DNA from: Octopus vulgaris | Taxonomy: Eukaryota | Direction: 5' to 3' | Assembly (NCBI GenBank): GCA_951406725.2 | Contig: OX597829.1 | Span: 56,730,001-56,794,000, forward strand | DNA length: 64,000 bases | Part shown: in pieces, positions 24,917 through 36,860 of the stretch | How positions within the stretch are numbered: position 1 is the stretch's first letter | Layout: every line of letters begins with the position of its first letter | Position numbers and translations under genes: made by a program | The notes under the pieces: generated by a model | The model's database searches: none | Told to the model about the DNA's origin: nothing | The model's input: the letters and a program-made list of their open reading frames with translations, nothing else

Positions 24917-26176
24917 CGAGGGGTGTTCAATAAGTAATGCCCCTGACCCACTTCCCATAGCAGTAGAGCAACGACACTTGGCACAGTTATTAGTCTTTTC
25001 CTACATAGGAACTACCCAGAGTTATGCATTTCTCCCATCGTTTGATACAGCTCTGGAGACCGTTTTTGTAGAAGACCCCAGCTTGGTCCTCCAACCTAAA
25101 CGTGACTTCAGAAATCAAGGCTGCATCATCTGGGAAACACTTTCCTTTCAAAATCAACTTCATGGCTGGGAAGAGGTGAAAATCAGAGGGTGCAAGGGGA
25201 GGAGTTCATAGCTGCACGTCTGTGCTTCTGATCTGGCGACACGCGAGTTGTGGACCGGAGCGTTGTCCTGCAGGAGGGGGATGCCTTTGCTGATCTTGCC
25301 CCGCCTCTTGATTTTGATAGCTTCTCTTAATTTCCTCAAAAGTGAAGCATAATAGGCTCCTGTAATTGTGGTACCCTTTGCCAGGAAATCTGTCATCACT
25401 ACTCCGTCCTGGTCCCAGAAGACTGTGAGCATAACCTTGCCAGCGGAGGGCTGCATCCTTGCCTTCTTTGGAGGAGGTGAGTCACGGTGCTTTCACTGCA
25501 TTGACTGGGCTTTGGTCTATGGATCATAGTGATGGACCCAGGTTTCATCCTGTGTAATCAGTCTTTTGAAAAATTTTGACTCATCTTCTTGGCACATCTC
25601 CAAATTCATCCTCGAGCACTCAACGCGTTCGTGCTTCTGGAAAGGTGTGAGCAACCTGGAAATCCATCTGGCAGACACCTTTTGCATATGCAAATGGTCA
25701 TGAATGATAGTTTCCACAGACCCGGTACTAATCTTGACCTTATGGGCTATTTGGCGAATAGTTATGCGTTGACCTTCCAAAATGGCAGCCTCAACTTGAC
25801 GGACAGACGTCTCATCAACGGCAGAAGGGGCGACCAGATCTGGGAGCTGTTTCCACAGAGTTCCGACTATGTTTGAATTCACAATGTCAGCGTTTTACAA
25901 GGTCATATGATGGGGCATCATCACCATAAGTTACTTTCATTTCATCAAAAGTCTCCTGTGGTGTGCGTCCTTTCAAATACAAAAACCAGATCACTGCTCG
26001 ACACTCAACAGGCTCCATTTCACACTTGACTCGGTTCAAACACCTGTAAATCAGAAACCACAATTAATTCAGAGCTGTAATTCGCCACTTAATCTATAGA
26101 GGTGCTAGATCAAACAACTGCAAGTGGGTCAGGGGCATTATTGTTTGCACCTGTAGAGGGCACACCTGTATCTCGT
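24917..26176 (-). mobile_element. Mariner transposon with a frameshifted transposase, inserted in an old RTE-like remnant
   Basis: TA then CGAGGGGTGTTCAATAAGTAATGCCCCTGACCCACTT at the left end; inverse AAGTGGGTCAGGGGCATTA at 26122-26140. Motifs WISRLL, ITQDETWV, SAGKVMLTVFWD and LLQDNAPVH; the YSPD motif is deleted. Confidence 0.9.
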
Positions 26177-27146
26177 GAATTCACCATTCTGCAGATAATC
26201 AGTGGCAGCCCAACTTCTTACTGAATGTCAGAATGAAAATCAGTCAAACCAACATGGTGTATATTATACAATATTACAGCATATATAATACATTCCATAG
26301 CTGTTGGAATGTATCAAGCTGCAGTTGGGAAATACATTAGTTGATACATGTATTACATATTAATAGTACAAGATTAATCAACTCCATTATACCTGGCACT
26401 GAAGATAGAACTTTGCTAAAAGATTATAAAAAGCCAACAATTCAAACTGACAATTGAAGTTTTTTCACTGGTCATTATTAAATTATGCAAAATAATTAAA
26501 CAGGATTCATCGGAATGTGTTCCAACTTATGGTAGCAAGTGGAGTTTGCACCTTGAAGTAGTTCAAAGAAACAAATAAAAATTTATGCATCTGTATTGAT
26601 TATAAAGTAGGTGTTAATTACAAAATATATTCAAATATATTCAGCTAAAGTGAATGATAAAATGACAACCATCATCATCATCATCGTTTAGCATCCGCTT
26701 TCCATGCTAGCATGAGTTGGACGGTTTAACTTGGGTCTGGGAAGCCAGAAGGCTGCACCAAGCCCAGTCTGATCTGGCAGAGTTTCTACAGCTGGATGCC
26801 CTTCCTAATGCCAACCACTCCGTGAGTGTAGTGGGTGCTTTTTATGTGCTACCGACACAGGTGCCAGATGAGGCTGGCAAACGGCCATGATTGGATGGTG
26901 CTTTTTATGTGCCAACGGCACGGAGGCCAGGCGAGGCTGGCAACGGCCACGAACGGATGGTGCTTTAAAAATAAATATTGGAGTTAATTTATTTGGCTAA
27001 AACCATTCAAAGCAGTGTCCCAGCATGGCTGTAGTCCAATGACTGAAACAAGTAAAAGATAATAGAAATATTTACATTTGAATTTGATAAGAGCCAAGTG
27101 CCTAAGCATGAAACTCAGTTCTTGAGTTACAATAACATGTGTCTGT

Positions 27147-27753
27147 CTAACTACCTATATAATATATACATGCATTCATATATATATACACACACACTCT
27201 CTCTCTCATATTTTGAGTTCTATTTTCCAGTTTGCATTACCTAACACTTGTGTATAGATATATATATATGTATATATATCATGTGTCTGTGTGCGTTTAT
27301 ATATAGGGTTGGTCAAAAGTTACCTGGCAGTAAATCAAAATTCCATAAAAACAATCTTTAATTCTGTATTGACTCAAATGGAAAAATGTGTCACTCAAGA
27401 AGGACTTTACTTTGAACAATTTTCATAATGTTTCATATTTAGATGCTTTTATTAAATTTATTCAGTTGTTAAACTTAAATTTTGGAATTAAATGATTTTC
27501 ATTTGCTGTCAGGTAACTTTTGGCCAACCCTGTATAACAAAATAGGAAAATGGAAATATTTTGGTATTTTTTATTCTCCATTACATGTGTTTCAAGAGGA
27601 AACAACTGGGATTTAACCTAACTACCTATATAATATATACATGCATTCATATATATATACACACACACTCTCTCTCTCATATTTTGAGTTCTATTTTCCA
27701 GTTTGCATTACCTAACACTTGTGTATAGATATATATATATGTATATATATCAT
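27147..27753. repeat. 136-bp direct repeat (27147-27282 and 27618-27753)
   Basis: The two copies appear identical by eye, including the lengths of the embedded (TA)/(CA)/(CT) tracts. Confidence 0.92.
27304..27532 (+). mobile_element. Tc1/mariner-derived MITE (about 229 bp)
   Basis: TIRs of about 31 bp (YAGGGTTGGYCAAAAGTTACCTGRCAGYAAAT) and TA flanks. The interior encodes QMEKCVTQEGLYFEQFS*, a transposase C-terminus. Confidence 0.85.
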
Positions 27754-28075
27754 TATCATCATTGTTTAATGTCCGCCTTCCATGCTGGGTTGTGAGGTTT
27801 GACAGGAGTTGGCCAGGAAGGAACCTACACCAGACTTCTGTGTCTGTTTTGGCAAGGTTTTTCCAACTGGAAGCCCTTCCTAACACCAACCACCCAGCAG
27901 AGTGGATGGAGTGCTTTTTGTGTAGCACAAGCACTGGTAGGGTCACCAGGTAACTTGCAAGACAAAGATCCTTTTGAGAGGGGTTAAGGTGAAAGGTTAT
28001 AGTGAGAAACAGAAACAGAGGTGGTACATGATCACCCGGCTAGAGAGAGGGAGAGAGTGATCAAGAGTGAGGACA

Positions 28076-28802
28076 GAAACCATCCACACCCTCAAGAGAG
28101 CCTCCAGGGCATTTAAGAGAATCTTAAATGCCCTGGAGCTCTTAGTGCTTATTGTTCCTGCACATCTGCCACATACAAAGACGACTTTATCTGTCTTTGA
28201 TTCCACTGGACCTCTTAGGTGTCCATAGCTTACACGGGGTGCAGTGAATGGAATTCCTTCCAACTCCTTTCCTACACATTGAGCAGGGCCATTTTACCTG
28301 ATGGAAAAAGAGTTTTATCTTCTTAACAACAACTTTGGTCTTTGCTAGGCTAACTTTAAGGCCTTTGATTCCAATGTTTGCTTCCATACCAGGAATTTCT
28401 GCTATGGATCCTGCAGTGAGGTTATCAGTATAAAGTAGTTCCTATGGGCATCCAGTTTTGAATTCCTCTATCATGGCTTGGAGGACAACAATGAATAAGA
28501 GTGGGTTGAGAGACGTGGACTGCTACTTGTACGCTAAATTCATCACTGTATTCAAGGCCAACTCTCACCTTACTAACAGCACCATTGTACATGGCTTGTA
28601 CAGCTCTAACAAACCACTCCTCTACTCTTAACTTCCTTAGAGGACACCAGATAACAGAGCAGGGGAATCTGTCGAAACCTTTCTCCAGGTCAATGAAAGC
28701 TAAGAATACTGGTTTACTTTTGGCCAAATACTTTTCCTGCAGCTGTCTCACTAGGAAGATGACATCTATGCTATTCTTCCCAGGTACAAAACCAAACTGC
28801 AG
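28076..28802 (-). mobile_element. Decayed RTE-clade LINE RT fragment, same family as 4716-5447
   Basis: QFGFVPGKNSIDVIFLVRQLQEKYLAKSKPVFLAFIDLEKGFDR in ORF 28829-28425, with an adjacent CSMCRKGVGRNSIHC segment. Confidence 0.85.
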
Positions 28803-29079
28803 CCATCTCTCTCTCATACACACACACATGAATCTCGTGCTTTACGGAATTAATGCATAAATTTCATAAAATGTGCAATAAACTTTTCTATTGTCAATTA
28901 AGATTGCTTTCTTACAGAGTTAAAAAATGAATAAATAAAAAGAACACAACCGAGATCAAATAAAATTATCATCTTTATACATGAAAATACCCATTTCTAA
29001 ACACACACTATAATGTCGTAAGAGTACTACGTCCTTACCACAAAAGATGTTGACTACTGAGTGAGGGATGATGGTAGAA

Positions 29080-29900
29080 TGAGAATTCGTAGGAGGATGA
29101 GGGACAATATTTGCTATCTTATTGTTGTTCATTATCACGAATGCCAGCTTGAAGGTTGAAGCACACATATGGAATTATTTGTTGTTTACGACGCATCGTC
29201 TCTTTGTACAGTTCAGTAGAGGAACTGAGCTTATTGCAAACTCCTTGCATTTTACATTAGCAACTTGGATCATTATCAAGTTTTAAAACTTGGTTTCGAT
29301 TTTTCTTCTCAAGAAATAAAAGTTCTAGCAGGCATACGCTTCCAGAAAAGTATACCTGCTCAGGTGTGTAACCCACTTTCAAGCAAGCATTTTCTTTAAT
29401 TATCCAGGATGAATTGTAACAACCTCTATATCAACACTCGCTGATTCACTAATCATTTTTATGTTGTGAAAGTTCATGTGTTTTTTTAAACTTGCCTTTA
29501 CAAGTCAAAAAGGGTTTTCCATTAGAAGTTTCACCTTCCATTTTCTGCAAATCCTTATTTAAACTTTTGACTCTTTTTTCTGAATTATCATCATGTTTAT
29601 TGGCACAATGCACTGATTTTGATCCTCAATTCAAAGTTCGTTCCATTTAAGGTTTCCGTTTGATCCTTGGGAAAATAAGGTCCGGACAGTCAAGGGAGTA
29701 GCTTCTTGAGCACTCGACATAATTTTCTCTCTGTTGTCACATATTGTTCCCACTGTAGACATTCAATACTTAATGCTTTGGCAATAAAACTTACTTTTAC
29801 TTCCACATCAAATCTTTCTGAAACATCAAATCTTTATGATCCAGTGTAATCCTTTTTACTGTTCCGTTTCCCAGGTCAGCCTTCAGTTCTACTTCATAGA
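29080..29900 (-). mobile_element. Decayed pogo/Tigger N-terminal fragment (CENP-B/psq-type HTH)
   Basis: Minus-strand remnants KRITLDHK, STVGTICDNREKIM and FKKHMNFHNIKMISESASVD. Confidence 0.6.
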
Positions 29901-30734
29901 TTCTTTCGAGTCATCGTAAATTGAAAGCAAATCCAACAGCCGCGGCAGCGATTAATTATCCACAACAAATAAAGAAAATTGGCCCAGCAAAGATTTGCTT
30001 TGTGAAAGGAGAAAATTGACTTATTGCAATTGATGAGAATGTGATGAGAAGAGGAAGGACTGAAGGAGAAGAGGAAGTACTATATGATTACTGTTAACTG
30101 AAGGGGCACCAGACTTTGTAGACAGTTCACCCCTTTAACTTCTGAGTTCAGACTTAAACACACACACACACACACACACATTCATATCTACACACTCTTA
30201 CCAGTTGGATTCAAAAGTTAATGGGTCGCATTGGTTTAGGTGTTAGTGTCAGTGGTCAGGTATTGGTGGTGTTGTAGTGGTTATATTGTTCTTGTTAATT
30301 GTATTGTTGTGGCTGTTTAGTCACGAGTCGATCGTCATTGATCGAAGACCAAACACGTTTCATTCAACTTTTAAAATGCATTCAGATATCGATTAAGTAT
30401 TTTTTAAAACTGAAATGGATTTCTTTCTTTTCTTCATACTACGTATTACTGCTGGTGGTTGTGTTGGAGGTTGTGTTGGAGGTTGACGATAGAAACACAC
30501 CATGCAATCATGTTCATACACACACACACACACATTATATATACATTTATGTATGCGTGTAATGTGATAATGGTTTTTCAAATCGTTATCTATATACTTT
30601 GATCTGGGACTGAACCCAGAACCATGTGGTTGGTAAGCAAGCTACTTACCACACAGCCACTCCTGTGCATACATACATGCATGCTTGCATGCATACATAC
30701 ATGCATACATACATCCATATATACATACATACAT

Positions 30735-31286
30735 GGTGGCTTCCCCCTCGTTATCGAGTATGGCCATTGCACAAAGCTTAATCAATGTTGTTATCGTGCA
30801 ATGCCTGTGCAAGAAGATTTTTTTTAAAGTGAGGAAAGGCTGTGCACTGAGTCAATCTCACTCACTAAGCAACAGCAGCCATAATCTGAAAAGAAGAACA
30901 AGCCAACATCATCGGTAACCACTGAGCCCCAGGTTTTATGTCGGAGTTATCCCAGTTACCTGAGTTACATTCTCCTAGAAGGATGCCCTAACAAAGGCTA
31001 GGAGTCCTTCACTCCCAATGGTTTAACCGCGCGATCGGGTATTCAGTCCGATTATTTCTATGTCCCCGCGCATGACACAACCTTAAGACATTTATTGGAT
31101 GGCCGTTGACTCTCAAGAGTTCCTCCGCCCTTTGACGGGTTTTGTTTTTCATCCAGCAGGGTGTCCAATAAACACCCTCCTCACCAAGCAAGCTAGGCGG
31201 GGTTGCCGGTTTAGTCGCCGACGACCCGACCACGCAACAGGTTGTACTGGGTTACATGTTACCAGTAGCACTCGAAAGTAACCTGA
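30735..31286 (-). mobile_element. Non-coding, CpG-rich element of about 550 bp, probably a non-autonomous LINE derivative with an (ATGT)n tail
   Basis: Sharp boundaries against (CATA)n on both sides and no credible ORF. The minus strand ends ..GAGGGGGAAGCCACC(ATGT)n. Confidence 0.55.
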
Positions 31287-31386
31287 CACATACATACATA
31301 CATACATACATACATACATACATACATACATACATACATACATACATACATACATACATACATGCAAGCATACATACATACATACA

Positions 31387-31420
<34 letters not shown>

Positions 31421-32180
31421 CATACACATGCACACACACATGCACATACATACATACATACATACATACATACATACATACATACATACATACATACATA
31501 CATACATACATACATACATACATACATACATACATACATACATACATACATACATACATACATACATACATACATACATGCAAGCATACATACATACATA
31601 CATACATACATACATACATGCAAGCATACATACATACATACATACATACATACATACATACATACATACATACATACATACATACATACATACATACATA
31701 CATACATACATACATACATACATGCATACATACATACATACATACATACATACATACATACATACATACATACATACATACATACATACATGCATGCATA
31801 CATACATACATACATACACACACACATACATACATACATGCATACATGCAAGCATACATACATACATACATACATTCATTCATACATACATACATACATA
31901 CATACATGCATGCATACATACATACATGCAAGCATACATACATACATACATACATTCATACATACATACATACATACATACATACATACACACACACATA
32001 CATACATACATACATAATTACACAGACATACATACATACATACATTCATACATACATACATACATACATACATACATACATACATACATACATACATACA
32101 TACATACATACATACATACATACATACATACATACATACATACATACATACATACATAGTTACACAGACGTACATACATA
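31287..32180. repeat. (CATA)n microsatellite of about 900 bp with CATGCAAG, CACA and CATT variants
   Basis: Directly visible. It accounts for the HTYI/MYVC ORFs. Confidence 0.98.
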
Positions 32181-32529
32181 TAGAGAGAAATAAACTTCTT
32201 TAAGAGTTTGAATGATTGCTTGGAAATGATCAGCAGACTATACAAGCTTGTCCTACCATCAGATTTTTATAGGACTGAAACTAATGGTAGCTTGAACCTA
32301 AACCGTGTGTGTATTAAATGATATTACATATATGTGTGTGTGTGAGCGTATTTTCTTCAGATTGGTTTGAATTTTTATCTCATTGCTTCAGTTTCATGCC
32401 ACTTTGGTCGTCAGAAGAGAACAGTTACAAATCTGGTATTGGCAATGTATTTACATTCATTGACATGGGTAACGTCTCATGTTTGTTCATTGGTTTAGCA
32501 ATTGGCTGTTATTCTTCTGTCATCATTAT

Positions 32530-33060
32530 CATCATCATCGTTTAACGTCCGCTTTCCATGCTGGCATGGGTTGGAAAATTTGACTGTGGGCTGGCGAACC
32601 AGATGGCTGCACCAGACTCCAATCTGATCTGGCAGAGTTTCTACAGCTGGATGCCCTTCCTAATGCCAACCACTCCAAGAGTGTAGTGGATGCTTTTACG
32701 TGCCACTGGCATGGAGGCCAGTCAGGCGTTACTGACAATGGCCTTGCTCGAATGTTTTTTTCACATGCCACCAGCACAAGTGCCAGTAAGGCGACGCAGG
32801 TAGCGATCATGCTTGAATGGTGTTTTTGGTGTTTTTTACATGCCACCGAATGGTGTTTTTTACGTGCTCTGGCAAGGATCATGCTCAGATGGTACTCTTA
32901 GCACTCCACTAGCACGGATGCCAGTCATCGAATTTGATTTCAATTTCACTTGCCTCAATAGGTCTTTACTTGCAGAGTTTAGTGTCCAATGAAGGAAAGG
33001 TATGCATAAGTGGGCTGGTTACACCCCTGGCATAGGCCACGAGGTTATGGTCTCACAAGC
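32530..33060 (-). mobile_element. SINE-like family C with a (GAT)n tail; other copies at about 1331, 4540, 8990, 10010, 14243, 15340, 18430, 26671, 27750, 48430, 49225, 61330 and 63540
   Basis: Repeated ..ttaggaagggcatccagctgtagaaac..ccaacccatgcYagcatggaaagcggacgttaaacgatgatgatg in both orientations. Confidence 0.9.
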
Positions 33061-34666
33061 ATGACATCGGGCCTCACCAAAGCAATCTTCTGTCTCTTTC
33101 ACTATTTCTGGGTATGTTTTTGATTTATTTATTCGATCTAGATTGAAAATCTAGTGAAGATTGTTCTTTTATTAAGTTATATTGTAATCAAATTTCAATG
33201 AGCACCAATGCACAAAATCTGCCTTTGAGTCACTCTGTAACTTATGCTAATTGATAATTAAAAAATATATCTTTCATCTTTTATAAGTAATTCGTTTCAG
33301 TCAATGGACTGCAGTCATGCTGGGGCACCACCTTAAAAGGTTTGAGCAAATCAACCTTAGGGCTTATTTTTTTTTAGTCTAGCACTTATTCTGTTTATCT
33401 CTTTTGCAGAACTAAGTTATGGGGATGTAAATAAACCAACACTTGTCAAATGATGGCTGGAGATAAACACAAACACAAAGGCATATATATACATATGTAT
33501 GCACACACACGCACACATTTATATGATGAATGAGCAAAGACAATGGAAAACACAAGAGGGACAAGTTTTTGCAAAAGTGTTGTTAGTCTCACACTTGAAA
33601 AGAGAAAAGAAAGGGGTTTGGGAAATTTCAGACATTTGAGTCTTTTGTCAGAAAGAAAAGAAAGGATGAACGGTGGTGGAAAGGGGAGAAGAAGAATGAA
33701 AGAGAAAAAGGGTTAGGGGCTGGTAGGGAATATGGTTTTATGGGGTGGAAGAAGAGGGGAAAGGTGAGGTGTTGTGTGGAGACACACACATATATATATA
33801 TATAATGATAATATGTATATATTCATATGTTTATATATATAAATATATGCATATATACATATTATTATATGATCGAACACCACGCATCCATTTCCAATTA
33901 AGTTTTATCTTAATAATTCTGATGTGCTCTCTTATCCTATCTCTATTCTTTCTATCTATCTCCCTCTCATGTTCTTCTTCCTTTCTGTTTTTCTCTCCCA
34001 CCCTTTCCCTATTCTTCTCCTCTCCCCTTTACCATTCCCTTTCCCTATCTCACTCTTTCTCCTTGACTCTCTCTTTGCTTACACGTGACCAACGGCTGTC
34101 TAGCTTTCTTTCTTCCACTCCCTTCCTAAAGACAAGATGTGCTTTTGTCTGTCTCTTCTCAAAGCTCGTTTTTTCAGCGTTCACCACTTCACCTCATCAT
34201 GGTTTAACTGCCCTCACCATTTGTTTTTACTGTTTTGTTCTTACTGTCCTGTCTTTGATACCACTTTAATCTTCCACAAAAAATCCCAAATTTTATTTAA
34301 TTTGCTTTGTGGGAAGGACTGTTTTAACGTTGTATCTTGCCCTTACCTTCGAAACACGGAGTAGATAAAACAGGGGACAACTGATGAAGGGAATGTTCCT
34401 TATGTTGCATGTCTCGTTTCTCTGTTTCTTTCTTTCATTGTTCGAAAAAAATGTTCGTTTTCTATCTTTTAGTTTTTTATGTTCTCATTTCTCATTTTGT
34501 TCACGTTTTTTAATGTCCTGCACCCATATATGCATGTATATATACATATATATGTAGGTATGTACATATATGTATGTATATATGCATATATTTATATATT
34601 ATTTATATTTTTATATGATCGAATGCCACGCATCCATTTCCAAGTAAGTTTTATCTCTCTCTCTCT

Positions 34667-34707
<41 letters not shown>

Positions 34708-36299
34708 ACTAAACCTTTTTTAAAGGAACTTCTCCCATGTTCATTCCCTCGAATTCAGTGTGTGGGTGTGTATATGTTGAAGTAGTGTGGAGTCCCCTTG
34801 CAGTGTGTGACTTTACTTATAGTAAAGCCCTTGATATAATAATGTATATATGAGAATATGTAGATAAGGAGATGAGCAGGTGGTTGGGTGGGGGTGGGTA
34901 GAATTGAGTGGGATGTGAATGTGGTGAAGGAGTGAGGGAAGTGTGGAAGAAAAGGTGGCAGGGGAAACGGTTCAGGAGGTGAGAGAAAATAAAACAGGTA
35001 CAAGTTCAGAGGAAAAGTTTATAAAAAGTGTGTGTGTGGGTGTGGGGGGGAAGAATAAGTATAATATAAAAAATGAAATAAAAACTGTTGTTACAGCAAG
35101 GGCAGAGTGAAGAGAGGGATCCTGAAAAGGGATGGGCTTGATGAAAGAGCTAAGGTTTGAGGTTACAGGCACACTTGAAGGAAAGGATTGGTGGGAGATG
35201 GAAGAAACAGGGGGTGGTAGGGTCAGACTGAAGATCACAGAAGAGATGGAAAATGGCGCATTGTAAGGACAGGATGGTAAGTGAGGGGAAAGGGGACACA
35301 TTAGGGATGTAGATGTGAAGGGCTGAGGTGTGATCAATAAAGGGCCAAGCAGATATGAGAGGTTGTAGCCACAATGGATGAAGAAGACCAAGACAGTAGA
35401 TCCAGCTTTCATCAGAGGTTGCCAGAGATGGAGGTACTCTTGGACTGGAAGTAATGACCTCAACCAAACTAGCAAGTGTCCAAATCGTTAGCTTTATGAG
35501 TGGATTTGGTAGGCGGAAACTGATAGAAATCCATTGTATTTATGTCTCCTGCTACAGTCTGGTTCGTCTCCCTATAACCTAGCAGTTCATAAAATAGAAA
35601 CTGATAGAATAAACGAAGTAGAATGATTTTACTTCTAAATATAAGCCTGTAACAGACAACCAACCAATTATTAATTTTCCAAGCGTTCCAACCGAGAACA
35701 CCTCGCCAATTCGGAGACAACCAGGTCCTAAGTGAATGACGGGTTTTTACCGTGTATCGAGTGAGATTTAGCTGCTATTACAGGCAGCCCAAACGACCAC
35801 AGACGACTTCTTTCTGTTATAACTTCATTCAAAGCCCTGTTTGGGCTTTCAAAAATTGTTAAAATTTGTTACTCTCTAAAATGCTCGGTTAGCATATAGA
35901 ATACTAATTTGGGAGAGAAATTTGTTATATTCGACTCATATCAATATAAATATCACCTACCCTCATTTGCATATAGCTTAAAATTTCATGTCAAATTAAT
36001 TATTTATATAATATATTTAAATCTACTTTTTTTCCAACGTTTTATTTTGATATTTACTTTATTTCCATAATATGATAATTAAACTTTATTGGTCTGTCTA
36101 TCTTTTTTTAATAATTATTATTTTACATTATGCACTGATCCAAACTGCACCCTCCCCAAAGAAGAATATTTCTGTCAATGGTTTCGTACGTAAAAAGAAC
36201 AAAGTAAAGAAATGTATTCCTAAGTTAGGAATTAAAAACAAAAATGTATTAGTAATTTATTTTTACAATATGACATCGATCCTTTTTAGTTTTGTCGAA

Positions 36300-36860
36300 A
36301 TACCCAAAACCGTTGACAACTAAAGTTCCCTACGGTCGCGGCTGAATCTGCCAACGTTTTTATTCCGGGAAAATCTTCGCCGCCGGGTTTTCTCTTTTAA
36401 TTAAGTTTTATAATTGGTTTTATAATTGCTTTATATTATAACAATCATTATTATTATTGCCATGGTTCTATACGGTTATTTTATTTCTATTGCAGTCGGG
36501 CGAAAAAGGACGTCGGTAAATAGAAGAATATTTAAACATTTTCTTTATATTTCCTAATTTCGAACTCCAGAACAATTCCGACCGATTAATCTCCAACGAC
36601 AAAAAAAAGGTTCCACTTCCGACCATTCCACATTGTTTAACTTTCCACCTTTCTAATGTGGCCCTTAATATATCTTTTTTTTATGTTGGAGCGTCATTTG
36701 CAAGTAATTCGACTGCTATTTCTTGCAGGTTGTAGACCAGTCCCGGGCCGCATGCGACCCAACTCGTCGTTAGGCGGGCCGCACTACTAAAAGAATTCGA
36801 GTTAATTTTTATTTTTGTTAGAAAGTCTCACGGGTCGCACTTAGTCCGTGTTTCCTACTT
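36300..36860. promoter_or_regulatory. CpG-enriched promoter-like island with an ETS-type motif (ACTTCCG at about 36615)
   Basis: Dense CpGs in AT-rich non-repeat sequence (ggtcgcggc, ttcgccgccggg, gtcgggcg, gacgtcgg) against CpG-depleted flanks. No downstream CDS was identified. Confidence 0.4.

Noticed and set aside
31165-31210. Twister-like fragments (AACCCCGCC ... GAGGAGGG) on the minus strand
   Set aside because: The central P4/T1/T2 segment of a twister is absent, so it is not called a twister. The wider element is kept as a finding.
31149-32245. Long ORFs of 190-268 aa (MYVC/HTYI repeats)
   Set aside because: They are translations of the (CATA)n microsatellite, which lacks stop codons.
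35360-35420. CUGAUGA plus a short stem on the minus strand (a similar remnant lies at about 33628-33655)
   Set aside because: The GAAA box and stems I and III are missing, so these are too decayed to call hammerheads.
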